Assembly: GCA_951406725.2 (NCBI GenBank)
Contig: OX597814.1
Span: forward strand, 203,360,001 to 203,424,000
Direction: 5' to 3'
Origin: Octopus vulgaris
Lineage: Eukaryota
DNA: 64,000 bases
In this document: piece after piece, positions 25,517-40,200 of the stretch
How the letters are laid out: each line of letters opens with the position of its first letter
Numbering within the stretch: position 1 is the stretch's first letter
The notes under the pieces: generated by a model
The model's input: only the letters and a program-made list of their open reading frames with translations
Databases searched by the model: none
What the model was told of the DNA's origin: nothing
Made by a program: the position numbers and the translations under genes

Positions 25517-28500
25517 GTGGGATTTAGTGCTGTCTTATAATTTCTGTATTGTCACTTAAATGTCTAAATAGGTTGCTAGTTTCTCATTACTCAGATTTTT
25601 AGCTCTGATAATGGCAATTGTTCAAACAACTAGCTACTTAAAAGCAATTTCAATTATTCACTGGTTCGGCAAATTTTGGTCTCCTCCGGTTTGCTCTGTA
25701 TTTAACTATGACCTTTATTTTCTGATCAGATTAAAGTGGATAGTAAAGGGAGGAGTTTCACTTATTTTTAGCTTGTATTTAATTTTACTTTTCAATCGAA
25801 TCGTTTACATTAAAAAAAAAGGGTCCACAACTAACAGTTGGTAATTAAAAAATATATTATCAATTGCAGTAAATACTCTAGTTTGTAGGGGAGGTTGTTT
25901 TTTTTCTTCGTTTTTTACTACTGCGTTTGTTTGGATGTCGAATGTTTGTTGCTATGGCTTGATATTTTACGACTGGTCTTAATTTTACATTTACCATTTA
26001 TGAGGATTTAAATTTATGAATTCCAAGTGACTGCTTACATTGCTTAGCATCAAAACATCTGAGTGAAGAATGCCATTTTTTTCACTGTAAAGGTCTCCAA
26101 GACATTTTGTAAATTCATTTCATCGTTCATATTTTAAAATTAAATATCTGTTGCTAAATAAACTTTACTATGGATCATTTATGAATATTTAACATTTGAT
26201 ATTGCACTTTGCTTTATAAATCTAGAATGAAACTACCATTTTTCTCTTTTTCTCTCTCTCTCTACTTCTACTCTTACCGTCTTAGAAGGTCATGTCAGGT
26301 TTTACAGGCATTGAGAAATCAGATAACAGCTTCCATGATAATTTCATATCGGACAGTATTTTAATGAAAAGCATCCTACATTGTATATGAACATTTTGAT
26401 AACTGGCTATCAACAAAATTCCAGTTTCCTTTCTTACACACAAGTCACAGATTCTCTCCCTCTTCCTACGTGTCTTCCATATAACTTATTTCATTCTGAC
26501 TTGATGAAGAGGTATAGTTATATTTTCTGAATTAGTTTCCTTGATCAATTTAGGCCTATGGCACACACATTATAAAACGATTAGGTGTGTGTGTATTTAT
26601 ATATATATTATATATATAATCAATTGTTCTGGATCACACTGCATACTGACCTGCAGTAGTCTATTAGATGTGGCATAGTGTAAAAGTCTGGGCGTCCATT
26701 TTTCTTTCCTTCCAATATCCATTGTCCAATTTGTTTTTCTGTGCCAATTTGGTTCTGCTAGAAGCCAGAAGCTGACAAAGTTGTTGCTTCTCAGCATTTA
26801 TCATCTAGTTGAATGTTCTCACACAACATTTGAGGTTATTGTATTTGTGATTTCTTTTCCCCTTTTTTGTTTGTTTGAACTAAATGGAAGAAAAAAGTTT
26901 TTAGAATGGTGCTTGGAGTATAACTGCACATGTAGTAACAAGGGCTGTGAGTTGAAGTTTGTTATAGTCAAAGACTATATTGCTGTTTAATTTGAAAGAT
27001 CTTTCTCAGTGAAGAGATTTTTCATATCCAATCCTCAATGCTTAATAAACATAGAAAATTATATTTGGAATTTGCCACTTAATAATGATGATAATTTAAA
27101 ATTCTTGCAATGGACATGACTTTTGTTTTTATATTTATATATATATATATATATAAATGTTCTTTAGTTCTTTTTAATTAAACACAAAAACAAAGCTTTA
27201 ATACAATATTATTTGCCTTTGTTTATCATTGCTACTGCACCTATGCAGAATCTCTTCCTGTCAGAAATAGAAACCCAATTTTAACAAGAAAGGATGCATT
27301 AGGTTAACGTATCTCAGGGAAATTCAGTGAGCAATTGATGGTTCACTGCACTTAAATGCATATGACGAACACAGAAGTTGCTTGTTACTGAATCCTCAAA
27401 ACAGTAAAACTGTACAGTAAAGCAGATGTCTATGTGACCTGAACTAGAAGACTGTGATTGGTTAAAAATTATACAATCAAGATGGTGGTGTAAAATTTCT
27501 TTAAGGGACCTCAGCTCCAGTTTTATTGTAGCTAACAGGCAACCTTCTTCAGACTTGGTAACCTTTCATCAACAACAAGATGGAGTGGATCATTTTCTTA
27601 AATATATAGTGGATTTGAATTTCTGGGGTGGTGGGATCTCCAAGCTACAGTTTTAAATAAATTTTTTAAAAATTAGTTTTCCAATAAAATTTAATTTTGA
27701 ATAATATTTAATTTTGAAGATTAAAATCTGTTAAACATTGAAGCACAAAATTATGCATGGGTGTTTCTCTTCCTTCTTCTCCTCCCTTCCCCCTCTTGTT
27801 TATTAGATGTCTCTTGAGGTATATTAACTCTTTTGTATTGTAGAAAAGTATATCTAATAAATTGCTTTTGAACTTTAAGTAGAAATATTTTTTGAAAGTA
27901 ATTTCTTGATATTGAGAAGTAAATTCTTCGTAACTATATTTCAGATGCACCAAAGCAAGGTCATAAATCAACATTATTGCATGTCAACTACATTCATAAC
28001 AATATATGTGAAAAAAACTTCTCATATTAATTATTGAAATATTTATAATCATACATTTTAATGAACAATTTAGCAAAAGCTTAAGTTTTCCCCATATCTG
28101 ATATTTGTTATTACAGACATGCCTAAAAATATTCCAACTTGCGTTTATTCTCAAATTGATATCTCTTCGATTTTGCTCCCTTTCTTAAAATTATACCTGA
28201 AGGCGTAGAAGGAAGTAATAAAATTATCTATTCTGCAGAGTAGTTTGTTATTTCTATGACGCTGTGCTGCCATTTTCAAAACCAAAAGACAACCATTAGA
28301 TTGTCATCTCTCACTTAGCTGATCATACTTTAGTTCTTAGCTTTGTAAATAAAGATTTAATTATTAATCAAATTGAGGATTTAAAAAATTAACTGCAAAT
28401 TACTTTATATTTTTAAATAATTCAGGTATTGGTTTTTTTTGTTTGTTTTTATTATAGCACCTCTCTAGATAAGTGTTGATTTTTCTATTTGTCTTTTTTC

Positions 28501-29637
28501 TTTGTTTTCTAAAATTATGGCACAGAATTTAATAAAATTCATCATAATGTTAAAATATATAATTAATATATTTGAAACATTTTAAGCATTGTTCTCTGGT
28601 TAAATTGGTTAAGGTGTTGCAGTTCTGATCTGTATATACACTAATCATTGCCAAAACATTGTATTGAGACTTTGAGTAAGGCATTGTTGTCTACTTACTG
28701 TAGTTTAGCTGAATGAAAAATTTTAGTGAAGTCATCTGACTGTAAAAAAACACTGCAAGAAAAAACAACCAGCCATCAGAAAAACTATATGTATTTCTCT
28801 AGTGATTTCCATCTCAAATTCAGTCATGGACCAATACTATCTTAATATTGAGGGAATAGCAGGCAGGTATGTCAGCTGTGCAATAAGATAATGCAAAACC
28901 TATATGCTATATTTAATGATAGAATGATAAAATAACTTACGTGTCAATGTTTGTGAAAGTGACCTCTAGTCTGTTGTCATATGATATCAAACTGTGCACA
29001 AAGGTTTATGTTTCAGATTTTTGCATGAGTTGGTATCTGAAGTATGATCAATAACAATTGAGGGTTTCTATTGTTTAAAGATGTCAGCCAAGTACAAGAA
29101 ATATGTAATCTCAATGCACACAACTGTTTTTGGTGTTGACAGTTCATTAATTTAAGACAGTGTTTGAATTAGAGGAAAGCTGAATCCATGACTTGATTAC
29201 CAGTGTAAATTCATCTGGTTTGCTTAGTCTTTATTATTTTTACTGATAGAATGTGGACAGGCTCAGAATTGCATTTGACCTGACATGTGAAAGTACCAAG
29301 TTTTGAGCCAAGAATTTGCACTGCATCATTTCATATTAGATGTTATTTTTGAAGGACACTGAGATTTATTGATATAATACAGTCAATCAAGAGCCAGTCA
29401 TTTTCATATTCTAAACTATGGAATTTCTTTCTGCATAAAATCCCTGTAGAAAGGTGTTGTCTGTGTTGCCAGCTAAGGGTTTTTATCTCTATGCAAAAAC
29501 AACTGTTCTTTTATTCTAATCCTCATTATTGCTTTTAATGTCCACTTTTCCATGCTGTCAAGCAATAGGTTAAACAGAATTTGTGGAGGTAAATTTTCTG
29601 TGGCTGGATGCTCTTCTTGTCACCAACATCTCATCAA

Positions 29638-30026
29638 TCTCTCTCTATATAAAGCTGAAGTTGTCTGTGTATGGCAGGTTTGGTAGCCTTCAACTAACAC
29701 TATCTCCTCCGAGACCCTGCGGCACAAGTTGACCAAAATTGAGAGTATGATAGAAGGCCTGCTCTTCCTTCCATAGAAGATAAAATTCAAATTGGACCAT
29801 GTTAAGACCAAAAATTATTTACATCAAAAAGGTGCTTTTTTTCTATGAAAATCCCTATTTTTTACGATTTTTTTATTGCTGTGTCGCCATTTTTCGGTGT
29901 ATTTCAACCAGAAAAATGTTCACTTAAAGAGAATGACAAGCTACATAATGCGAAATTTTTACTTTTCAAAAATTCCAATTCTAAAAGGTCAAAACAAACC
30001 CAAGCAACGCCGGGTGATACTGCTAG
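29638..30026 (+). mobile_element. Non-autonomous Helitron (family D)
   Basis: A|TCTCTCTCTATATAAAG head and CCCAAGCAACGCCGGG hairpin followed by TACTGCTAG|T. It interrupts an old SINE-like repeat. Confidence 0.82.
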
Positions 30027-30187
30027 TTTCCAAATAAAATAATGTTTTTTTATATCTGCACGGAAGATCGGAAGCGAAGGACACAACTTGTACAATATGA
30101 CTCATTCACAACCATCTTGCAATTTCAAGACAAGAAGACACTAGCACACACATAATCATGTGTGTGTGTATATATTTATTTATATGT

Positions 30188-30524
30188 AGGCGCAGGAGTG
30201 GCTGTGTGATAAGTAGCTTGCTTACCAACCACATGGTTCTGGGTTCAGTCCCACTGCATGGTATCTTGGGTAAGTGTCTTCTACTAAGCTTTGTGAGCTG
30301 ATTTGGCAGACGGAAACTGAAAGAAGCCTGTCTTGTATATATGTGTATGTCCCCTAGCATTGCTTGAAAACTGATGCTGGTGTGTTTATGTCCCCATCAC
30401 TTAGTGTTTCGGCAAAATAGACCGATAGAATAAGTACTAGGCTTACAAGGAATAAATCCTGGGGTCGATTTGCTCCAGCATGGCCATAGTCAAATGACTG
30501 AAACCAGTAAAAGAGTAAAGAGTA
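30188..30524 (+). mobile_element. tRNA-derived SINE with internal deletions
   Basis: Head AGGCGCAGGAGTGGCTGTG...GGTTCAGTCCC and tail AGTAAAAGAGTAAAGAGTA. Confidence 0.85.
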
Positions 30525-33045
30525 TATATATATATTTATAGATATCAGGTTTCTTTCAGTTACCAGTGCTTTGGTAGAAGACACCCAAGATGCTATGCAG
30601 TAGGACTGGGCTTAAATGCTTGATGGTTAGGATGCAAGTTTAATCACACAGCCATACTGTGTGATATAAACAGTATCTTTTAAAATTGTGATTGGCAAGT
30701 TATTCTGTTTAATCACTACAGCTATAGTGTTTTTTGAATTATGTTTAGAAGCTTTGAGCTGTTTGCCTTTTAACTTCCTGGTTTTCATATATATCACGAA
30801 AGTATCCAATTATAAAAAAAGTGTTTTATTCATTGATTAGTAATCTTTTGTAGAGTTGAGGTCCTCCCCCCTCGGCAGTTATGTATCTTCTGCTACACAT
30901 TAACTGCTTAGATTCAACATATATTTATACATTAAACACAAAAATATTTCTGCTTATAACTACTAAATATAAACAGAAGAGTTTTCCTTCATACATAGTA
31001 GCAGTATATTTTTCTAGATATTAAACCTAATTTCTGGACTCTATGATTTTGGAATAATTATATGAATGATTTTTTTTTTTTTTTTTGACTAGTTAAAGAA
31101 CTTTAGAGAAAGCTTGGTATTCAAAAGCATTACCTGGAAGCAAAGAGTATATAGTTAAAGTAAGGGTATTTAAAAATTTTTTTTTGCCTGAGTTCAACTT
31201 TGCTTTTCATCCCTCTGGAGCTGATAAAATGAAGTACCAGTCAAGTAATGGAGGTCATTGATATTGACTAGCTCCCTCCTCTCAGGATTGCTGGTCTTAG
31301 TGCCTAAATTAGAAACTATTACTATTACTGGCAAAGATCTTGCTGACTGCTATAATTTGTTCAAAGTCATCACCATAACATCTGTTTCTCTCTTGAAACA
31401 TGAATTACCTCAGTATGTCTTTTATCATTTGATATGCATGCCTCATTCATTCTGATTTTGCATAGAACGAGACAACCGATTTGAAATAGAAATAAATTTC
31501 ATATCCTACTATGTGAAGGAAAAAGCATGATGGTGCTCAAAATGTACCCAGTCCATTTTGTAAAGGGATTGGGATTAGGAAGGGCATCCAGCTGTAGAAA
31601 CCGTGCCAAAACAGACAATGGTACCAGGTGTGGTTCCTAGCCTTGCTAGCTCCTGCCAAACCATGCAACCCATACCAGCATGGAAAACGGACATTAAATG
31701 ATGATTATGCTTCTTTCATTTGACCCGTGTGAATAACTTATTTTGGAAATATTGCTTCTTGTAAAATTAGCATGTGTCAGAGTATTCCACAGACCTTTTT
31801 ACCATTAATGCAATTTTCATCCAAATCACCATGACACAATGTGACAAGACTGTACAATTGCAAGAGAGAGGGGGTTGCGGAGTGGACCATATTATTGGAC
31901 TGGTATTTACTTTATCAATCCTGAAAGGATAAAAAGAGAAGTTGATCTTAGCATGATTTAAAATTAGATTGCAGACAGCCATAGCAAATACCAACAATAA
32001 TTTATTATATCATGATTACTTCAACAAACTCTTGCATGAACGAATACATCAAGGAGACGATATTTAATAGTTTCCAAAGTTTGTTTTTTCTTTTAGATAT
32101 ACCTGCAATCCCTGTGAGATGTTATGGTGAACAGCAGCTAGGATCTGTGATAATATGTCTGGTGCTGTTAGTAAATGTCAGCTGTTAAATTACCTCCCTT
32201 TATAGTAGTGGAACGTTAACGTTCTATGAAGTTCCTCCCACTACAGTCTTCTTCTGACCACGTATGTGGCAGCTAACCAGTTGTCATTGCAATGCTGTAA
32301 GACAAAATGTTCTCAGTTGTACATTGTGGGCATTTCAATTATAACAACTATTTCAGTAGCTACAGAAAAATATTAATATGATGAGCTATCAAATAACGAA
32401 TAATGAGTCATATACTTGTTTATTCCTGTTGTGAAATTAGAGGTCGCATGAGGACTACAAATGAGGATCGAACCAATCAGTTTATAGTAAGACTTAGTAC
32501 TTATGGATATGGTTATATTCATTTATTCATAATACTTGCTGTATTTGTTGGTACTGTAGTAGTTGATAAGCAATTCAGGCTATATAATTATCTGAAACTT
32601 ACAAAAGTCCACTGAACATATGTTAAGCGTTGTTTACACGATTTCCTCTATAACAAGTAGTAATTGTGGTAAGCTATATAGACAATAGATAAGACCTGTT
32701 ATCTGAGTAGTATTGTTGACAGCCTGGCATTAGCATAAATAATGGTGGAAATATGAAAATTATGTGAAGTAGATATGCTAAACTAATATAACATATTGTT
32801 AATATTGTCTGTTGCGGTAGGTTTAACCCGTGAGTTGAGAATTATGTTCTATTTGCAACTAAAGAAGATTAAGTATGCATTAGTTGAAGCCTAAACAAAC
32901 AATTTTTTTTTTCCATTCTAACATAAGTGGCAATAATTTTAAAATATTGTCCCCAGACATTTCTCGCTTTCAAATTTGGCATTTGAAAAATTGCTAAACT
33001 GTAAACTAGTTGCCCTAACAATTGTTTAAAAGAAACTTTACACTT

Positions 33046-33083
<38 letters not shown>

Positions 33084-36000
33084 TTATATTGGCACAGTAG
33101 TTTAACAAATTACCTAAGCTTTGGTCAAGAGTTATGTACCTTCTCTAAGCCTAGTGACAGCTAATCTCATTGGAACATTTAAAAAAAAAGAACAAGATGG
33201 AGATTGTTATAGGATACTACACGATTTTTAATATTAGGGATAGATGAGTTGGTGATTGCATTGACATTATTTGATTCTCTTACAGACAAAAGTGAATAAG
33301 TTTTTTGGGTTTTTTTTCCTTGTTTACTTAGGATCACATAGTATGTTTACTTGGTGAAAATATTTTATAGATCTAAAATGGGATTTATGTGAAATTTGAC
33401 CTCTGGAAATTAGTGCAAGTAATGTGAAGTTAGATAAATTGGCAATAAAATGTTGACTGCATTAAAACAGTTAAATGTTACTTCTTTTAACAACACTTAG
33501 TATAGCTTTAATCATGTTTTGCTATGTAACAAATATGAATATCTTGATTATTATAGCAGAAACAATGATGACTTGAACAATGATTTGCTCAACATAATTA
33601 ATAGTTCCTTCTGTTACTTAATCGACATAATCGATGTTGAAGGAGACTAACTGAAATAAAGAGCAGGTAGTAACAAAGAAGCTAAAATTTCTTTTGAGAA
33701 AACAAATATTTATCCAAATTTTGTCTGAATTTCTGATATAAAGAATTATTATTATTGGCTGATATATTAAGGCAAGTGTACTCATCCTGGTTGTTATAGT
33801 CACAAAATTTTAGCAGTTATAACCTTTTATCATTATCATCATCATTTAATGTCCGTTTTCCATGCTAGCATGGGTTGGACGGTTTGACTGGGGACTGGCA
33901 AACCAGGAGGCCGCATCAGGCACTAATCTGGTCTGGTGGTGTTTCTACAGCTGGATGCCCTTCCTAACGCTACTTTTTTTTGTTTTTTAGCATGTTATAT
34001 TTGGAATAGACTCCTTTAATCAATCCACAAGGTAAATTAATTATTCTCATTCGGTTGTTACCCATATATCCAAGGAAGGAGATTACAATGACCATAACCA
34101 AGATTAGGAATCTAGTTCAATTATATCAGTAAATCATAAGAGGCCATACAAAATGGGGATGGTACTGAAGCACGTCATGTTGAGCTGTGTGTAGAAATAT
34201 AGAAATGTAATATAAATAATCAATGAGAATAGATGAAAATTGAGTTTAGAGAAATGACACAAAAATGGTGTCAAATGCTTTACAAGAGATGTTTTTTTGC
34301 CTTTTAGGTGTGGCATAATTGTAACTTATGTTTATGTGGACTTTTTTCTTCTTTTTTTTTTGCATTGAAATTAATGGATGAATATACTTGGCTAAGCAAG
34401 TTGCACAAACTAATCCTTTGTACAAATGAATCATTTGTATGGAGACAATCAATTCACGTTACACTTCATTTTTCTTATTGTCAGATACATATTTTCTTTT
34501 TCGTTTGATCGAATCTATTCCACCAGACCACCAAAGTAGGTTAGTTTTTATACAAAAAAATCACTCAGAAGCAAGAAAGGTTTTCTGTTTTAAATGTTTA
34601 TGTTACTCTCTTAAATATAAAGAGAAATATGCTTTGTCATGAAATGACATTTATTTTTCTGATTCCCTCCTCCCTGAAATAGAAAATATATACTTCAAAC
34701 AGATTTATGGTTTACATCAGTTTCCAGTAAATATATCCTTAGTATTTTAATTTCTAAAGAAATAATTATGCAAATTTTTACAATATTAGAAGACTTAAAA
34801 CTAAAGATTATCATACAACATAAACTGGCTTTTTGTAGAAATGCTGATACATAGAAGTCAAGCTAAACATTATTTTTCCCTTTATCCCTTTACAATGATA
34901 ATTTTTTCTGGTAAAACTTACATAATAGAACATGCTGTTTGTTGTCTTCTTGTCACTAATTACACCTTGCATACATGTTAACTAGGATCAATTAGTTTCT
35001 CTTATAATTTAGATAACCACTAATTTGTAATCTAATATTTTGACTATATCAAAGATAATAATTTCTTTTTTGAAATGGACTTGTTATATATTTTAATTAT
35101 CCTTTCACTCTCTTAATACTCAAATTGATTCTAAGCTAATCCATCTAGTGCTAATACTTCAGGTTTAGTGATTATATATTTTTTATTATTAATGTGAGAA
35201 TTGTCAAAGAAAGAAAATTAATTATATGTCTTTGTGTTGAATTAAGTACTACATACAATCATTATTGCATATTTTCCTGTCTTTTATTCCTAGGAGTTGT
35301 GTGCCACCAAGCACAGGCAGACTTGCTTATATTGTCTTCGTTTTTTTCTTAGTCTTGTCTAAATATAACGTCAGTTGGAATGTTTGCAGATGACAGGCAT
35401 TCCTTTCAATGTACCTAGCTTCAGGTTGCTTTGTCCTTCAAAACTGGTTATCTCTAGTCACTGCAGGAAGCTAAACCATCATAGACCTCTCTCTATCCAA
35501 TAACATTTTCTGCAACTAATAAATCTAGGTATCCTTTAACTATGGCAACAGTTGCTGACTGAGACTTGCTAGTCATGGCACTGTCATTAGGAATAAGACT
35601 GGAATTGGCTTCATTACCACTGAGCAGATCTCTGTGTATGCAAATGTGCTCTTTATCATGAAAAGATAAATCCTGAAATTGCAGGAAGTTCACAGAGGAA
35701 AGTTAGCCAGGTAGCTGAGGAAAATCATTTTTTAAAAATGATTTCATTGTTCCCATTTTGAGTTCGAGAAAATATTTCATTTTTATCTTTTAACATCCAC
35801 TATTCCATGCTTGCATGGGTCAGACAAAATTTGTTGTGGCAGATTTTCTATGGACTGATGCATTTTTGTCACCAACGCTCGTTTATCGCAGGATGTCAAC
35901 CTAAGGGAGATAACCACACACGACAGGGTTTTTTTTTTTTTTCAGCTTGCATGTGTCAAATCCACTCAAGGCTTTTTTGGTCAGCCCAAGGCTATTGGTG

Positions 36001-37225
36001 CTTACCTAAGAAATCTATAACCTTTATGAGCACAAAACCATGTTGTTGGGAAGTGAACTTCTTTACCACATGGCCATGGCCAGCCAATTTCAAATATGTA
36101 TGTATTTCTAGAGCAGGGTTTTATTTACTGTGAACTCGAGATTTGTTTTCAGTTATGATCTGTTCAAAAATCATTTACAACAGTTCCAGAAGATGCAGCT
36201 ACCATTAACAACTACTCCATTTCTTGGTATCCTTGAGCTTAGTGTCATAACTACTGCTTACATTTGTAAACTTGGACATAGAGAGCTAAGTTCCAAGCTT
36301 CAGTATCATCTTTGTATACAGAGTGCTAGATTAGGTTATTGATTACCATTTTGATCCATTATTGCAAGATCATTAGCATGTAACAGCTGTCAAGGACACT
36401 TATCCCTGATTTTTGTGAGTATATCTCAATAATAATGAAGGGCATGGACTTTAAAAGTCCTCACATCAAAACAGGACCAAATAGGTTTTGTATATTGTTT
36501 GCATTAATTCTGACCATCCATTCTGTTATATCTCTTAAATCTTCTCATGTTTTATCAAATTACATCTCTTGACACCCAATCAACATTTTTTGTAGATCAA
36601 AATATGTGATGGAAAACTTTTCAAAAGTGCTTCTTGTGAAGGCTTCATTGCTTGTATCAGTTTAACACACCTTTTCAACTGAACAGTTTTATACAAGAAC
36701 AATTTGATTTTGAAGACAGACATACTACCTTCAATACAAATGGTTAAAAAAATATTGTTGACCCTGTATAAGTTGTTTTATTGATCCAGCATTTTAAAGT
36801 AAAGCAATAGAATTTAGCTACTTTAAAAATTGTAATACAAAGAATGTAACCATAGTTAATGTTAAAATAAATATTTCTCCCTCCCACCTTCTCTTTCTCT
36901 CTCTGAGTAAGAATTGGAAATATCTTTCTACATTGTTTAATATTAATTAAGAATATATTGTTTCTTTGCTACTTTCATGATTACCTGCCATATAATTTGT
37001 TGAAATATTAACTACACTGTTTGCTTTGTAAGACAATTGGTTAAGATGTTTAAGTTTGCGAATTTCTTTTTTCTGCATTACATGTGTTCTTAAATTCAGT
37101 TGATTAATTGATAATAACTAGATTTATTTAATGTTGTTAATGCCAAATTTTACTGTAAATTAAAAAAAAATGTTTCTTAAATATTACTTTACATAATTCT
37201 CTTATTTGTTTGTTTATTGTTTCAG

Positions 37226-40200
37226 GGAAAATAGGAATTTAAGCCAACAGGGAACTGTGTTGAAAATGAGTCAAAAATCAGATGGAAAATTAATTTCTAA
37301 ACCAGTTGATGCTCAACTCTTTAATGTTGATCTGTCTTCTGTTCCACTGCCACCTGCAGCAGCAGCGGCAGAAACTGTTGTTGAAGACACTTCGTTTTCA
37401 TCACAAAATCAAACTGTGGCTTTCACAAAGAAAAAGTACAATGATGAGTGTAATTCCTCAAAAAGTATGTCCAATATTCTACCTCCATCTTCACTTTCAT
37501 CTACAAGTTCCAGTTCTACAACCACAAGAATTCATTTGCCTTTTACATCAAGTGGATTGTCATTATCTAGTGATGTATCACAAATATCTACAACTTCAGT
37601 ACCACAACCAGTGCCCCCTCCTGTGTCTATGCCAATGACATCAGTTTCCACATTGCCGCCATTACCGCTAACACCTGTACCCCCTGTTCCACCACCTCCA
37701 GTCTTACCAGCAACACCTTCTTTAGATCTATCAAATTTTCAAACACAAATTATGGTACAGCATAATAACAGTAACAATGTAGTATCTTCTTCAACTCCAT
37801 ACATTGATAGTATGGATAAAGAAACAACACATTCTATGAAAAAAGATACCATAGACATAACGAAATCTCTATCATCACCGGACGCTCAAAAGGATTCTAA
37901 ATCTGATAAAAATCATATATTAGCAAAAACCCCTAATAGAATCACTCGATTTTCACTGAAGTCACCTGATGGTGGTGGCAAACCAAAAGTTTCGTTCCAG
38001 ATAAAACGTAAAAATAGACCTATTGTTGGTGATAAAACAGAATCTATTGTTGAGGAAGAAGATGTAATCAACAGTAACCCTGGACAGTTTGTCACCAGAA
38101 AGAGAGAAATGTTTAAACCAGCTGAAGTTGAGTCTGTAGCAGCTCAGCAAATTGCATTAATCAAAAGTTTAGGAATTTTGGAAAATGTTCAAAAGAAAGC
38201 TCAAACATCACCCACAGGTCTGGAAACAGAACCATCTTTATTAACAACAGATCGAACTTCTCCTAGTGACAAAACAGTAGATAAAACTTTACTAAATAAA
38301 GTAAGTGATAAAATATCAGAAATATCTCTTTTAGGGAAAGAGGAGGAAAAGCAATCATTGGATGACAAATCGCAAGAGATAGCCAATGAAAAATGTACCC
38401 CAGAGAAAGTCCGTGAACAATTTTCTCATGAAACTAGTCAAGAAAATTCAAACATTACAAATGATAAACCAAAAGAAGTTACTCCTCATGGGAGCCCAAG
38501 TGAAAATTTGAATAAAGAAAAGTTTACAGAGAAACCAGTGAGCGAGAAATCTGTTAATATAACTCCTGAAAAATCTCATGAACCTTCATCATCAACCAAT
38601 CAATCTCGTGGAAAGTCTACACGTGACAGAAGTTCAGACCATTCATCATTAGAACGAACGCATGATCGCTCAACTCGAGATAAATATGATAAGAATTCTG
38701 ACAAGTCTCGTGATCGAAATACTCATGATCGTTCTGGGAGAGATAGTTCCCACGATCGTTCTATAAGAGGGCAGTCCTATGAAAGAGGGGGAAGGGAGAA
38801 ATCTCAAGACAGATCAAGAGACTGGGAAAGATCACGAGATCGATCAACAAGAGATAGATCTCGTGAAAGATCATATGACAGATCATCTCGAGACAGGCGT
38901 GATAGATCAAACAGAGATCGGTCAAATAGAGACAGGTCACGTGATCGATCAACTCGTGATAGGTCACGAGAACGATCCACCCGTGGTAGATCAAGGGACC
39001 GATATATGAGGGAAAAGTCTTATGAGAGATCTCCAGATGAAAGATCTTTATCTGATAAACCTTCAGATCATATAAAAAATCGTTCTGATAATTCCTACGA
39101 CTATAGAAACTCTCAGAGACGCTTTAATACTAGAGAAAGGAGAAGTCGATGGAGTGAAAGATATGATGATAATCGTTATAGTCGAACTTCTGATCGGTAT
39201 AAAAGGGACACATATGACAATCGAATATCTTCTCATTATTATGATGATGATTACTATAATCGGTCGCATTATGAGGATAAAAGATCTCGCTATGATGATA
39301 GACCTTTTTACAGCCAAGATAAACATCAGCGATCTGATGATGTTTACTCAGATCGTTATGATAGAAGAAATAGGAGAGGTTTTCATCCTTCGGAAGACAA
39401 AGTTTCTGACATAGATAGTAGTTTAAAAGATTCTAGTTCTCCAATCCGTCACTCATTTACTGGAACTAAATCATCAAGCATAGGTAGTGGAATAAATGCT
39501 ATAAGTGTTCATTACAGCCAGGCCAGTGATAGTGATAGTTCCCCTGTCCATAACTTAGATGGAATGAAGCAATATAATCAGCTACAGTATAGTTCTTCCA
39601 GTGTAGTTGTATCTAGTACAAGTACAGTTCCAACAAACCAGCTGCCAGTATTTGGACAAGAACATCAAATACAAAATTACAGTAATAAATTAGATGAATG
39701 TAGTACTGCAACTAATTATAATTATGGTGATTCAACACCAGTCCGAGATGAACCAAATGATTATGAATTCAATTTTGCACAGAATTCCACTCCAGTTAAT
39801 TCTTATCAGGGCTTTGGTAATCTTTATCAGCCTAATACTAGTGCAATGAATTGGTTGGCTCCTCCTCTAGAACCAGCCCAAGACATTGATGTAAGCCAGA
39901 GAATTAATAGTACAACTACTATTCCAACTGTATTAGGGGATAATTCAAGTTATCCTTCTGTTCTAAATACCAGCATGCAACAGAAAGAACATGCAAGCAT
40001 AGTTCCTATTACACTTGCCTCTCAAAATATAGCAGACCCATCAAGAATTAATATGAATATTTCCAATGCTGTCACTGAACACAGAATCCCTACACTCCTA
40101 AAAGATTTCCCCAAAATCACTCATAATAACAATTCAACACAAAACTTTGCTCTAACTTCAAATGTTAATCAACTAAATTTGTCTTCTGTTTCTACTTCAA

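Noticed and set aside
32097-32170. Acceptor-like site in SETD2 intron 1 as a possible extra coding exon
   Set aside because: In the required phase it hits TGA within 11 codons, and the donor is weak.
37206-37225. ORF-track start MFVYCFR of the 2260-aa ORF
   Set aside because: It starts at a TTG within the polypyrimidine tract of the splice acceptor, so it is intronic.
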